A stretch of 64,000 nucleotides of DNA, from NCBI GenBank assembly GCA_016700095.1, contig CP065002.1, positions 1,060,145 to 1,124,144 of the forward strand, written 5' to 3'. Below, in pieces: positions 28,593 to 38,573 of this stretch. The notes under the pieces were generated by a model. It saw only the letters and a list, made by a program, of their open reading frames with translations, was not told the origin of the DNA and searched no databases. The translations under genes were made by a program, and so were the position numbers. The stretch is from Candidatus Woesebacteria bacterium. Lineage in GTDB: Bacteria; Patescibacteriota; Microgenomatia; UBA8517. The number at the start of each line of letters is the position of its first letter. Positions within the stretch are counted from its first letter, which is position 1.

Positions 28593-29321
28593 TTAATGGC
28601 TCGACCATCTAAGGCTTTTTGTTTCTTCATTGTTATTTTGGTTTTTAACTTCATTAGTGCTTATTGAAATAAGAAACATTTTATTATTTGTCTGGTTTCT
28701 CGCATAAAGTTTTGTTCCCTCAGCAGATAGAGCAAGTTGGTGAGGTTTACTTTCGGGAGGCAGTTGTATTAAATCAACTTTATAGGTACTTGTGTTAATT
28801 TTATATATCGCGTTACCAGTTTCTGCTGAAGTATAAGCGTATTTACCATCTGGTGAAATTATCAAGTCAGTCAACCCTAACTGCATGCCTATGTTTAATC
28901 TCTTTGCAACATTATGTGTCTGAGTATCAACAACAAATATTTGATCGGAAGTCATCAATAAATGAATATGTTCGAGACTTTCCTTACTTATTGCTTGAAA
29001 CTGTTCTTCAGGTGCAGTTGCTGTTAGCCAAATTTGTTTTTTATCAGGTATCAGAGTAATATTATGAGGAGTAAATTTAATAGTAAATTCTCCTTCTTTT
29101 GCAGATAAGTCGATTGCGGTTATTTCTTTCTTGTTCTGTCTTCCCAATACTATTACTTTTCCTTCCCTTACTTTATACTCTTTTTTCTCTATATTTTGAG
29201 AATTATTTGCTTGTTGATTGGAAGAAGAGAAATTGGTCTTTCGCCACAGAATCAATCCTCCAACAGCTATAATGACTAAAAGAGCCAAAATTCCTATATT
29301 TCTTAGGTTCATAAATAACAA
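28593..29321 (-). CDS. Membrane-anchored beta-propeller repeat protein (YVTN-like)
   Basis: N-terminal TM helix. Repeated KLYA, KYAY and QIWL blade motifs. Confidence 0.5.
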   Translation of the reverse strand: MLFMNLRNIGILALLVIIAVGGLILWRKTNFSSSNQQANNSQNIEKKEYKVREGKVIVLGRQNKKEITAIDLSAKEGEFTIKFTPHNITLIPDKKQIWLTATAPEEQFQAISKESLEHIHLLMTSDQIFVVDTQTHNVAKRLNIGMQLGLTDLIISPDGKYAYTSAETGNAIYKINTSTYKVDLIQLPPESKPHQLALSAEGTKLYARNQTNNKMFLISISTNEVKNQNNNEETKSLRWSSH

Positions 29322-30227
29322 TTACCGAACTTTGTTCCATGAGTTACCACCATCTAAACTTTTATAAATACTATTTTTCTCAGTTAATGTATATAACATT
29401 TCAGGACTTTGTTTATTAAAAGCTATAAATAATGGTGTTTCATCATTAAATGTTTCGCTCAATTTTTCCCAATTTTTACCACTATCATTACTCCGAGCTA
29501 GTCCATTCATTTCAGAAAAAGATAATAACTTTTGTGAATCCTGGGGATGAATAGTCACGACCGATACAAATCCATCCAATAATGTACTCCAATCAGCTCC
29601 TTTATTTACACTGATCATCAACCCCTGTGGAGTTGCTGCATAGACTATGCTCTCATCTTTAGGATCAGCAGCAAGATTAATAATTGGATAGGTGCTAGTT
29701 GATGCAACTTCCCATGTCTTACCTTGATCTATGCTTCGCTGCAACATACCGTTATACCAACCATAAACAAGATTAGAATTTGCTGGGCTTATTGTCATTG
29801 CATGGAAATCAGCCGGACCTTGTATACCATCTGATACTTTATTCCAAGTGAACCCCCCGTCTACGGATTTTTGAAAGCCAATATTACCTCCTGTGCTAGG
29901 GTGTCCACTACTAAAAAGCACTTTAGGATCGCTCGGATGAGGGGTAAATCCCATATAGTCATCTTGAGTAGTTCCCACTCTATTTAACTCTTTATCATTG
30001 GTCAGAACGAGCAAACCATGATGAGTCGCAATATATACTCTACTTGGATCAGCAACATCAACCGCTAAACCATGTCCATGAGTTATTTCATCAACCTGAG
30101 TTATCTCTTTTGATACATTTTCAGTTTCTTTCTTTGGTGAATTATTGCCCTCCTGTCGAAATAGTACGAAAAATCCAACAATAGCTATCAAGACGAAACC
30201 TATTAAAATAATCTTATTCATTTTCAT
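29322..30227 (-). CDS. BNR/Asp-box repeat beta-propeller protein (Ycf48-like)
   Basis: Repeated SxDxGxTW-type motifs ([35 protein letters not shown]). Confidence 0.6.
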   Translation of the reverse strand: MKMNKIILIGFVLIAIVGFFVLFRQEGNNSPKKETENVSKEITQVDEITHGHGLAVDVADPSRVYIATHHGLLVLTNDKELNRVGTTQDDYMGFTPHPSDPKVLFSSGHPSTGGNIGFQKSVDGGFTWNKVSDGIQGPADFHAMTISPANSNLVYGWYNGMLQRSIDQGKTWEVASTSTYPIINLAADPKDESIVYAATPQGLMISVNKGADWSTLLDGFVSVVTIHPQDSQKLLSFSEMNGLARSNDSGKNWEKLSETFNDETPLFIAFNKQSPEMLYTLTEKNSIYKSLDGGNSWNKVR

Positions 30228-32563
30228 ATTTTATACCTTTTCAAGAGAAGTGAATTGGTTACAACTGAAACACTGCTAAAAGCCATTGCTGCACCAGCGA
30301 TTGCAGGATTAAGCATAATACCAATGAATGGGTATAGCGCTCCCGCTGCTACTGGGATTCCTACAACATTATAAAAGAAGGCCCAGAAAAGGTTCTGTTT
30401 GATTACTTTCATTGTTGTGCGAGCAAGCCTTATGGCTTTGGGTAGTTTGGAAATGTGACCGCCAAGTAGGGTAATACCAGCAGATTCGATAGCTACATCT
30501 GTTCCTGTTCCCATAGCAACTCCTACATCCGCAGTTGCCAAAGCTGGCGCATCATTTATACCATCTCCAACCATTGCTACTTTATACCCTTCGTCCTGTA
30601 GCTTCTTGACTTCATTAGCCTTATCCCCAGGGAGCACTTCAGCAATCACCCGATCGATTCCTACCTGTTTCGCAATGTACTCTGCAGTACGTCTGTTATC
30701 TCCTGTTAACATGGCAACTTTGATACCCAGCTTATGAAGGGCAGCTACCGCTTCCTGCGCATCATCTTTAATAGTATCGGCAATCGCAATATACGCAAGA
30801 ATTGTTTTTTTAGTTGCAAAAATTACTGGTGTTTTTCCTTGTGAAGTTAATTTTTTGATATGATTAGTGTCTACCGTTAATCCCAGGTCATCTGCTAGTT
30901 TAAGATTTCCGGCAAAGTAATGAGTTCCAGTAATCGTTCCTTCAAGACCTTTTCCTTCCAACGCTTTAAAATTAGAAACAGATAAGAAATTAATCCTCTC
31001 ATCTTTAGCTCTTCCTACTACTGCCTGGGCTAATGGATGTTCTGATTGTTTCTCTAATGACGCAAGCAGCTGTAATATCTTTTTCTGTGCTATATTCGAA
31101 GTCACCTTTATGTCAGTCACTGAGGGCGTTCCATTTGTTATTGTCCCTGTTTTATCCATGACAACAAAGTTAACACTCTGGAATTTTTCAAGACTTTCTG
31201 CATTTTTGATAAGAATTCCATTCTGTGCTGCTTTGCCAACTCCAACAATAACAGCAGTAGGTGTGGCAAGACCCATCGCACACGGACAGGCAATAACAAG
31301 AATACCGACAAAACTAATTAGGCCAAGTGAGAGACTTTGCGAAAAAGGCATAAATTGAGAACCTACAATAGTCCATAGAAAAAGCATGACTACTGCAAAG
31401 ACCAGAACAATCGGCACAAATATTCCTGATACTTGATCAGCTATTCTTTCTATCGGTGCTTTAGAACCCTGTGCTGACTCAACCATTTTGATAATTTGGG
31501 ATAGTACTGTCTGCCCACCAACCTGGGTTGCCCTCATCTGAAACGCACCATGTTTGTTAATTGTGGCTCCAATTACTGTGTCCCCAACAGTTTTATCTAC
31601 CGGTATGGGTTCACCAGTAATCATAGATTCATCAATTGAGGATTTACCAGAACTAATCTCTCCATCAACCGGAATTTTTTGACCTGGTTTGACAATTATG
31701 GTGTCTCCGACAACAACCTGCCCAATTGGAAGCTCTATTTCTTCTCCATCACGGACTACAACTGCAAATTTTGCCGCAAGTCCTAAGAGTTTTTCAATTG
31801 CCTCACCAGTCTTTAGTTTTGATTTTGCTTCAAGGTATTTACCTAATGTGATGAACCCGATAACAACAATGGTAACATCATAATATAGTCCTTCAGGAGC
31901 GTTTAAGAGTGACTTTATTTCAGGAAAAAGAAGCATGATACTACTATAGAAATACGCAACTAGTGTACCAATTCCGACCAATGTATCCATATTTGCAGCT
32001 CTATATTTAATAAAACGTACAACACCATTTATAAATGGTCTTCCTATCCAAAACATGACAGGAGTCGCCAGTATAAATGATGCTCTGTTGAACGCATCCA
32101 TCGAAAGAGGGAAGGTGGGAAGGAATGCCACACTATGTGCAAGAATTTCCCAAAGCATTAGAAGAAAAACCACTGCAGCAATCGGCATGACAAAAGCTGT
32201 TTTCTGTCTCATTTCTTCAAGTTCTTTAAGCTTCTGGTCTTTCGCCTGATTTTCTGAAGTAATTTGTGGATACTCGGAAGATTTGCCAACTTCAGTATCG
32301 TTGAGCGTATATCCAAGCTTACTAACTTGCTCATTCATTTGAGGCAAATCAACTTTTGTTGCGTCAAATGCTACTTCTGCCTTTTCTGTACCGAAATTAA
32401 CAGCGCACGTTGAAACACCATCGAGCTTTTCAAGTTTTCTTTTAATGATATTTGCACATGATGCGCAGTGCATTCCCTTAACCTGAAATGTTTTTGTTTC
32501 CATATTAGGGTGTTCCTCCCGACTGATTTGACCACAAACTAATACCATTTGGCATTTTGCCAA
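30224..32563 (-). CDS. copA: Cu(I)-translocating P1B-1 ATPase
   Basis: HMA domain [17 protein letters not shown]6 [27 protein letters not shown]. 779 aa. Confidence 0.95.
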   Translation of the reverse strand: MAKCQMVLVCGQISREEHPNMETKTFQVKGMHCASCANIIKRKLEKLDGVSTCAVNFGTEKAEVAFDATKVDLPQMNEQVSKLGYTLNDTEVGKSSEYPQITSENQAKDQKLKELEEMRQKTAFVMPIAAVVFLLMLWEILAHSVAFLPTFPLSMDAFNRASFILATPVMFWIGRPFINGVVRFIKYRAANMDTLVGIGTLVAYFYSSIMLLFPEIKSLLNAPEGLYYDVTIVVIGFITLGKYLEAKSKLKTGEAIEKLLGLAAKFAVVVRDGEEIELPIGQVVVGDTIIVKPGQKIPVDGEISSGKSSIDESMITGEPIPVDKTVGDTVIGATINKHGAFQMRATQVGGQTVLSQIIKMVESAQGSKAPIERIADQVSGIFVPIVLVFAVVMLFLWTIVGSQFMPFSQSLSLGLISFVGILVIACPCAMGLATPTAVIVGVGKAAQNGILIKNAESLEKFQSVNFVVMDKTGTITNGTPSVTDIKVTSNIAQKKILQLLASLEKQSEHPLAQAVVGRAKDERINFLSVSNFKALEGKGLEGTITGTHYFAGNLKLADDLGLTVDTNHIKKLTSQGKTPVIFATKKTILAYIAIADTIKDDAQEAVAALHKLGIKVAMLTGDNRRTAEYIAKQVGIDRVIAEVLPGDKANEVKKLQDEGYKVAMVGDGINDAPALATADVGVAMGTGTDVAIESAGITLLGGHISKLPKAIRLARTTMKVIKQNLFWAFFYNVVGIPVAAGALYPFIGIMLNPAIAGAAMAFSSVSVVTNSLLLKRYKI

Positions 32564-33662
32564 CCTTTATTTTGGCAATCTCTTTATTAGTGGCAGTATC
32601 AATAACTGAAACATCATCACTTAAAAGATTGGTAATATATGCTCTTTTCCCATCAGGTGAAACAACGACACCATGCGGTGCAACACCCGCTTGAATATTA
32701 CTGGTAACACGCTTTTCTTGAATATCGATGACATATACATAATCGCTAGTTGGCTTGCCAAAGTAATAGCCCTGATCTGCAACATACAAATACCGACCAT
32801 CTGGTGTGGCATATGACTGTATTGCGCCTTCGGATTCAGATGGTAAACTTATATAGAAAACCTCTCCTGTGTCTGTATCATAAAATGCCATCTGCTTTGT
32901 GTCGTAAACAGAAGCGGCTATATAGTTGGTGTTAGGAATAACCGCTGTTTGTACCGCGCTTCCGGAAAGCAGGATAGTTGTTACTTCATTTGTTCTGGTA
33001 TCAACCACACCAATCCCTTTTCCGCCAATAAATGCAACATATGCTTTTGTATCATCAGTAGAAAGACGGAGTCCATGTGGTTGTGCGTCTTTTGTAAGTG
33101 GGATGGTTTTCTCAACTTTGTATGTTATTCCGCTTATTTTATATACTAGTCCTGGTTCCTGTGCGGTAGTAAAAGCAGTTTTCCCGTCCCTGGTTACAAC
33201 AATATGCGCAAGATGTTGGTCAGTTCCTATATCTATGCGTTTTACTATCGAGTCTTTTTGTGGATCAATCACAATTACTTGATCTGAAATTACTTCTTCT
33301 GTTTCATCATTTTCAGTGGAATCATTTTCTTCTTCATGTCCTCCAAGACCCATAAAGTTTGCCGTTACCCAAACACTTTTTCCATCTGGAGCTACTTGCA
33401 CATTATGCGCTGAATAACCGACTTCCATCTCTCCATTCTTATAAGTAAGATCGATCTTACCAAGAAGTGAGTTATCTTTTGTATCAATTATAGCGATTGC
33501 ACCCTCATCCTCTAGTGCTACATACAGTTTTTCTGTCGCTTGATTTTGCCTAACAGTTGACTTACTGGTGGGTACTATTCTATCTGAGAAAAAAGCCAAT
33601 CCCAACACGATTATTACGAAAACAAAGGAGGCGATTATATATATGTGTTTAGATAATTGCAT
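32505..33662 (-). CDS. YVTN-family beta-propeller repeat protein, membrane-anchored
   Basis: N-terminal TM helix. Repeated 40-residue blades ([45 protein letters not shown]). Confidence 0.6.
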   Translation of the reverse strand: MQLSKHIYIIASFVFVIIVLGLAFFSDRIVPTSKSTVRQNQATEKLYVALEDEGAIAIIDTKDNSLLGKIDLTYKNGEMEVGYSAHNVQVAPDGKSVWVTANFMGLGGHEEENDSTENDETEEVISDQVIVIDPQKDSIVKRIDIGTDQHLAHIVVTRDGKTAFTTAQEPGLVYKISGITYKVEKTIPLTKDAQPHGLRLSTDDTKAYVAFIGGKGIGVVDTRTNEVTTILLSGSAVQTAVIPNTNYIAASVYDTKQMAFYDTDTGEVFYISLPSESEGAIQSYATPDGRYLYVADQGYYFGKPTSDYVYVIDIQEKRVTSNIQAGVAPHGVVVSPDGKRAYITNLLSDDVSVIDTATNKEIAKIKVGKMPNGISLWSNQSGGTP

Positions 33663-33694
33663 AGCAAAAGTTATTATTTCCTACATTTCTTGAT

Positions 33695-34483
33695 TTAATT
33701 TACGACTACTACTCCTCCCGAACTTGGATTTAAGTGATCGTGGTACTCCCATGCACCTGTCTTTTTGAATATATATCGATAGACAGATCCTTTTGTGAAC
33801 GCTCTAAACTGATCAAATGTTGGAAGCTTTTCATGTCCCGGGTGATTGGCTGAGGCAACCCACATATTCATACTGCTTTCATTTTGAAACTCAACCATGC
33901 CTCCTTCATTAATTTCTATCTTATCTGGTGTAAATCCATTGTCTGTGTACTTTACAGTTACCATTCCTTCCATACTGTGTGCAGGCATATCTGATGTGTT
34001 TCCTTCAACCAGATTTCCTGGAAGGGGTTCACCAGATCTTACATACCTTGCAATCAATGAGCCTTTCTCATTAACTACCGGAATTTCAAGATCATTAAAA
34101 ACCTGATCGTTTTCCTGATCTTCATAAACCATTACAATTAATTCTTTATTCTTTATATCGACGTTGCCAAGCGGAATCTCTACATCAGTATGTGTTCCTG
34201 CTTTTAGGAAAGCACTTATCTCAACAATTTGACTCAGTGTGTCTCCTTGCATTTCACGAAGCGCAAGAAATCCATCTTTCTTAAGAGTTGCGCTTTTTAT
34301 AACTACTTTATTTGTTGGCGTTTGCGGAGCAACAACAAGATCTTGTGTGCTTCGATTGCGTTCTTGAACTTTTGTTTTTGAGTTCTCTTGAGCTTTTGTA
34401 CCGTTTTTATTAACCACAAAGTACAAAAGTCCTGATACGGTAATGGCAAAGAATAAAATAACAATAATTAAAATTCCTTTCAT
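33695..34483 (-). CDS. Membrane-anchored protein with a possible cupredoxin-like C-terminal domain (hypothetical)
   Basis: N-terminal TM helix. The C-terminal segment PDKIEINEGGMVEFQNESSMNMWVASANHPGH resembles a cupredoxin_1-type fold. Confidence 0.4.
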   Translation of the reverse strand: MKGILIIVILFFAITVSGLLYFVVNKNGTKAQENSKTKVQERNRSTQDLVVAPQTPTNKVVIKSATLKKDGFLALREMQGDTLSQIVEISAFLKAGTHTDVEIPLGNVDIKNKELIVMVYEDQENDQVFNDLEIPVVNEKGSLIARYVRSGEPLPGNLVEGNTSDMPAHSMEGMVTVKYTDNGFTPDKIEINEGGMVEFQNESSMNMWVASANHPGHEKLPTFDQFRAFTKGSVYRYIFKKTGAWEYHDHLNPSSGGVVVVN

Positions 34484-34752
34484 TGATATTTCTTAAAAAC
34501 TTGCATTATTTCCTTTAGAGCTTCATCCTTTTTACCTTTGTTGATTGCATCTGCTGCACATTTTTGTAAATGGTTTTCAAGCATGAGGTGATCTACTTCC
34601 TTTAAGGCTTTTTGAATTGCTTGTGATTGGTGAAGCACATCAATGCAATATACATCTTCATGAACCATTTTGATTACTTTCTCTAGTTGCCCCTTGGCGA
34701 TTTTGAGTCGGTGGATTATTCGCTCTTGTGTATCTTTAGGTCTGTATGCCAT
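34480..34752 (-). CDS. csoR: CsoR/RcnR-family metal-sensing repressor (Cu(I)-type C-H-C ligand pattern)
   Basis: 90 aa. RLKIAKGQLEKVIKMVHEDVYCIDVLHQSQAIQKALKEVDHLMLENHLQKC carries the Cys/His/Cys triad. Confidence 0.8.
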   Translation of the reverse strand: MAYRPKDTQERIIHRLKIAKGQLEKVIKMVHEDVYCIDVLHQSQAIQKALKEVDHLMLENHLQKCAADAINKGKKDEALKEIMQVFKKYQ

Positions 34753-34773
34753 ATACCCCCCATGGAGATAATC

Positions 34774-34792
34774 TACTACATCATGTAGTAGT
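34774..34792. promoter_or_regulatory. Palindromic operator CTACTACAT-C-ATGTAGTAG 22 nt upstream of csoR
   Basis: Perfect 9-bp arms. Same TACTAC-N5-GTAGTA core as the other three sites. Confidence 0.55.
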
Positions 34793-34949
34793 ATGTCAAG
34801 AGCAGAATTCCTTCATATGAGATTTGGAAAGTAGGGGAGCTAATTATTTAAACTAAAGATACATCATTATTCTAGTTTCAAAAAGGATCTTTAATAACAC
34901 AAAAAATGCCCGATGTTATTCAGGCATTTTTGTCTTCGGATAGTAATAA

Positions 34950-35498
34950 TTACATTCCAAGATCAACTAAGATGTTTTTATTGCTATAAAAACTAGCATT
35001 ATATTGAAGTTTAAGACCTGTTGCGGTCTTTGGAACCTCAAATCCTACCCAATCAGTTTTTTTTGCTTTCGCTACTAATGCTCCATCCATTCCTAAAGAG
35101 CCAGAATTTTCTAGCCGTTTTCCAGTAACAGCAACTTGGTATTGATTGTTTTCACCATCAATAACAAACATCTGACCCATTGTAGTTATGAACTCTTGGT
35201 CTGACCCAGTATTTTCTATGGTCATATTCACATCTACCCAATGATTTCCTTCAGACGGCTTGGTATACTGAGCACCATCTGATGTTTCTACGTTGTTAAC
35301 GGTTAGAATAACATCTCCCATCTGTACTTTGTCGCCAACCTTGTATGTCTCCTGACTTTGTTGTGAGTCATTATTTGAAGCTTGAGTATTATCAGAATTT
35401 GATCCTACTTTCTCACTATCACTACCCATACTGCTGAAGACGCCAATTACAATGATAACTAAGAGTGCAATTCCTCCCCATTTTAATAATTTCTTCAT
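34950..35498 (-). CDS. DUF4352-like secreted protein
   Basis: Signal anchor at the N-terminus. Ser/Asn/Gln-rich linker followed by a beta-rich domain (GDKVQMGDVILTVNNVE...NMTIENTG). Confidence 0.5.
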   Translation of the reverse strand: MKKLLKWGGIALLVIIVIGVFSSMGSDSEKVGSNSDNTQASNNDSQQSQETYKVGDKVQMGDVILTVNNVETSDGAQYTKPSEGNHWVDVNMTIENTGSDQEFITTMGQMFVIDGENNQYQVAVTGKRLENSGSLGMDGALVAKAKKTDWVGFEVPKTATGLKLQYNASFYSNKNILVDLGM

Positions 35499-35594
35499 TT
35501 TATCTACACCTCCTCTCCTTATAGGTTAAATCCTAAGTTACCGCTAATTATAGAGGAAATCAAGCACTAAATCTACTAATAGTGCGTTGTACTA

Positions 35595-35849
35595 ATGTGC
35601 GAGTTATTACGAAAATATATTACTATGTTAAGTAAGCTTAGATTTACCGAAATTGTCGGTGCGAATATAAGAGAGGAGAGAAAGAAGAAAGGCTGGTCGC
35701 AGGATCAGTTATCTGCTGAGTGTGGGTTCTATAGAACCTATATTAATCTAGTAGAAACGGCTAAGCGGACTCCTTCATCGTACACTCTTTTTAGAGTTGC
35801 GAAGGCACTGAAAGTCCCTGTCGATAATCTATATCCTTCCACCGTCTAA
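35595..35849 (+). CDS. XRE-family helix-turn-helix transcriptional regulator
   Basis: IREERKKKGWSQDQLSAECGFYRTYINLVETAKRTPSSYTLFRVAKALKV is a canonical HTH_3 motif. Confidence 0.7.
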   Translation: MCELLRKYITMLSKLRFTEIVGANIREERKKKGWSQDQLSAECGFYRTYINLVETAKRTPSSYTLFRVAKALKVPVDNLYPSTV

Positions 35850-35876
35850 TTAAAACATTATCCTTCAAATGTTTAT

Positions 35877-37400
35877 TTAAAATTTTGTATCAAATGTTAA
35901 ACGGTCCTCGTTTAAATTCCCGAGAGGTGAATACCTATCATACATACTACTTCCCATATCAATAATAATAACACTAGGTTCTCCCTGGTCTTCTTCTAAA
36001 ACTTTTAGGATTAAAAGCGAAAAAGCATCAGCAAGATCGTCATGTTTTTCTATTCCAAAACCAGTTAGTTGCATAAGTAGTTCTTCGGCTCCTTTTCTTG
36101 GGAAGCGTACTTTGCCCAGTTTTATAAGATGAGTAACAAGCGCAAGTCTTGATCTTTTATCTTGTCCTGATACTTTCACTCCTTCTGCGGGAACGTTATT
36201 ATTTTCCAAATGATGGATAAGAGCCGCTTGATATCCAACCTCTTCAATAAAAAGTTTTGTATATTGCCCGCTTCCCAGCTCTCTTGATAAGTCTTTTGCA
36301 AGCTCATATGTCTCAGGAAAACTTAATCTTTTATTGACCGGGAAAGGCAGTATATACACAGCAAGTTTATCGTTATATCCAAATACTTTTGCCGAAACCA
36401 TAGCAGTATAATCAGCCGATTCCTTTTGGGAAATAGCAAGGTCAATTCCAGTTGCTGTATACAAAAACTCTCTGTTGTCTTCGGGTGGAAGCACATCGTA
36501 ATATTGGATCCATTCGGGGTGAACAAGGCGGTCAGCGTCTGAAATTATCTTAAGTAAAAATTCTCTATACCAAGCGGATTCGCTTCCTATCTTTGATTTT
36601 AGATCATTTATTGATTCTTCGGTTTGAAATTTCTCAGGCCAAGCCACCCGACCTTCAGAACTAATAAGTGGATAAGAATAAAACTTGCCTTTTATCACAA
36701 GGTTTTCAATATTCTGCCTCAGTCTCATTAGAAGACTATCCTCGTGTAAAAGATTTCCAATAATCATGTATTTCGTATCACGATCTCCGATTGGTAAAAC
36801 CTCTCCTGTTAACCATTGATGTGTTTTGTCTCTTCCTTCACGGGTCTTAACGCTATTTAGATCCTCCACATCATCGCAAATGACTAAGTCTGGTCTATAT
36901 TGTTTATGTCTTAATCCTCTTATGCTTTGTTCAGATGATGCAACAGTAATTCTTGCTCCAAAGTTTGATAGTTCAAAAGTAGCAAGTCCTTTCTCATCTC
37001 CAGTTTCTTGAAATGGTCCAATGTCATTTTTAAGCAGTTCATTTCCTTCAAGCTCGTTTCTAATATTTGTCATTAGCTGTTTTGCCTGACTTTGAGTTTG
37101 ACTTAGTATTAAAACAAACTTTTTCTGTTGTTCGCCAATTATTGACCAGATGACATATGAGAGGGTGATAAGGGTTGATTTTCCTGATCCTCTAAATGCT
37201 ACAAGAACTACAAATTTATTATCCACGTCTTCTGTTATTTGAAACATTTCGGTGTGGAAGGAAGCAAATGGATAGCCAATGTAGTGAGATAGATAAATGG
37301 AGAAGAACCATTTATGGCTGTTTTTAGCAAGCATTCGTCTTACCGATCTTTTCTTCTTTATTGCCTCAAGCTCTTTATCAGAAATCACTTGTGCTGTCAT
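35877..37400 (-). CDS. terL: Phage terminase large subunit
   Basis: N-terminal ATPase Walker A VLVAFRGSGKSTLITL and a Walker B-like VICDDVED. The C-terminal part has a nuclease-like acidic pattern. Overlaps the upstream small-subunit gene by 4 nt. Confidence 0.85.
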   Translation of the reverse strand: MTAQVISDKELEAIKKKRSVRRMLAKNSHKWFFSIYLSHYIGYPFASFHTEMFQITEDVDNKFVVLVAFRGSGKSTLITLSYVIWSIIGEQQKKFVLILSQTQSQAKQLMTNIRNELEGNELLKNDIGPFQETGDEKGLATFELSNFGARITVASSEQSIRGLRHKQYRPDLVICDDVEDLNSVKTREGRDKTHQWLTGEVLPIGDRDTKYMIIGNLLHEDSLLMRLRQNIENLVIKGKFYSYPLISSEGRVAWPEKFQTEESINDLKSKIGSESAWYREFLLKIISDADRLVHPEWIQYYDVLPPEDNREFLYTATGIDLAISQKESADYTAMVSAKVFGYNDKLAVYILPFPVNKRLSFPETYELAKDLSRELGSGQYTKLFIEEVGYQAALIHHLENNNVPAEGVKVSGQDKRSRLALVTHLIKLGKVRFPRKGAEELLMQLTGFGIEKHDDLADAFSLLILKVLEEDQGEPSVIIIDMGSSMYDRYSPLGNLNEDRLTFDTKF

Positions 37401-37828
37401 TTATTTTCCTCCTCGTGTGTATTCGGCAGTAATGCCGCAAGTTTTAATGCTCTCGTTACCAATGCTTCTTGTTCTGGAGTAAGAGCTTCATTATCTGCTT
37501 TAAGCCTAGCCGTTACTTCAACTTTAGTTGCGTAATGAGGATGGTGGTGTTTCAGCCAGAAAATGATAGCTGTGAGGTTTTTGTCTCGGATCGCAGCCAT
37601 GAGCTGGGACTCAGCCATATCATTCACAAGTAATGAACCTTCAGCTATGGAAATGTCTGCTTGTTCTGCGAAGACTTCATTTTCCTTTCGCCATCTATAA
37701 TATGTTGCTCGACCAATACCAACTTTCTCACACGCAACTTGGACAATAGGCGTTTTCTTAAGTTGTTCAAGAAGTAATTCCTGAGTCTTATCAATCCGCT
37801 TCTGAATCGTAGTTTGATTATTTTCCAT
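37397..37828 (-). CDS. terS: Phage terminase small subunit (HTH DNA-binding)
   Basis: 143 aa. VACEKVGIGRATYYRWRKEN HTH. Position and coupling with terL. Confidence 0.6.
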   Translation of the reverse strand: MENNQTTIQKRIDKTQELLLEQLKKTPIVQVACEKVGIGRATYYRWRKENEVFAEQADISIAEGSLLVNDMAESQLMAAIRDKNLTAIIFWLKHHHPHYATKVEVTARLKADNEALTPEQEALVTRALKLAALLPNTHEEENK

Positions 37829-38573
37829 CTTTTATCCTTTCTGCTTTAATTCCAGAAACTTTTTCAAAGCGATCAATAATTACTTGGCAGTACTCCGGAT
37901 CTATCTCAACCATGAGGCATTTCCGTTTCGTTTGTTCGCAAGAAATAAGTGTTGATCCTGATCCGCCGAACGGATCATAGACATAGTCATTAACTTTTGA
38001 ACTGTTAAGGATTAAGTTTCGCAATAACCCAACAGGTTTCATGGTTGGATGAAGAGGACTTTTATTTGGTTTTGGATAAATGAGAATACTTTTGTCTTTT
38101 GCCTTATAGAATTCATGGCTTCCAAACCATCCGTATGCGATCAGCTCATGTTGTGGTAAATAGTGAAGCCGTCCGACGACAACATTGTTTTTGATCCAAA
38201 CAAGTAGTTGTGTAAGTCGAAAACCCGCATCAACAATGCCATCTCGCAAGGAGAACACCATTTTGTCTGAGTTAAAAATGTAAAAAGAATTTTTCTTGGC
38301 AAGATATGGCTTTATTGCTTCTAGCCATTCCTTCGTAAAATGGCGATACGTTCCTTCTGTTTGGTTGTGATCGTTGGCTATCTTTTTATTACTCTTAATT
38401 TCCGTAAGTTCAGCTTTTCCTTCAACATAAGCCACGCCGTAGGGCGGATCCGTCAGAAGGAGAGAGATTCGATCATCTAAAATAAGCCTCTTTAACAACG
38501 CTGAGTCTTTTGCATCTCCACACGCCAAGCGATGATCACCGAGTTGTAGAACATCACCTATTTTTATTTGCAT
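37818..38573 (-). CDS. DNA methyltransferase, N6-adenine/N4-cytosine class (DPPY)
   Basis: Motif IV LLLTDPPYGVAY and motif I VYDPFGGSGSTLISC. Confidence 0.85.
   Translation of the reverse strand: MQIKIGDVLQLGDHRLACGDAKDSALLKRLILDDRISLLLTDPPYGVAYVEGKAELTEIKSNKKIANDHNQTEGTYRHFTKEWLEAIKPYLAKKNSFYIFNSDKMVFSLRDGIVDAGFRLTQLLVWIKNNVVVGRLHYLPQHELIAYGWFGSHEFYKAKDKSILIYPKPNKSPLHPTMKPVGLLRNLILNSSKVNDYVYDPFGGSGSTLISCEQTKRKCLMVEIDPEYCQVIIDRFEKVSGIKAERIKDGK

Noticed and set aside
34750-34770. CsoR-type GC-rich operator (ataccccccatgg) at the csoR start
   Set aside because: There is only a partial C-run with no convincing inverted repeat. The clearer regulatory signal at this promoter is the TACTAC-N5-GTAGTA palindrome.
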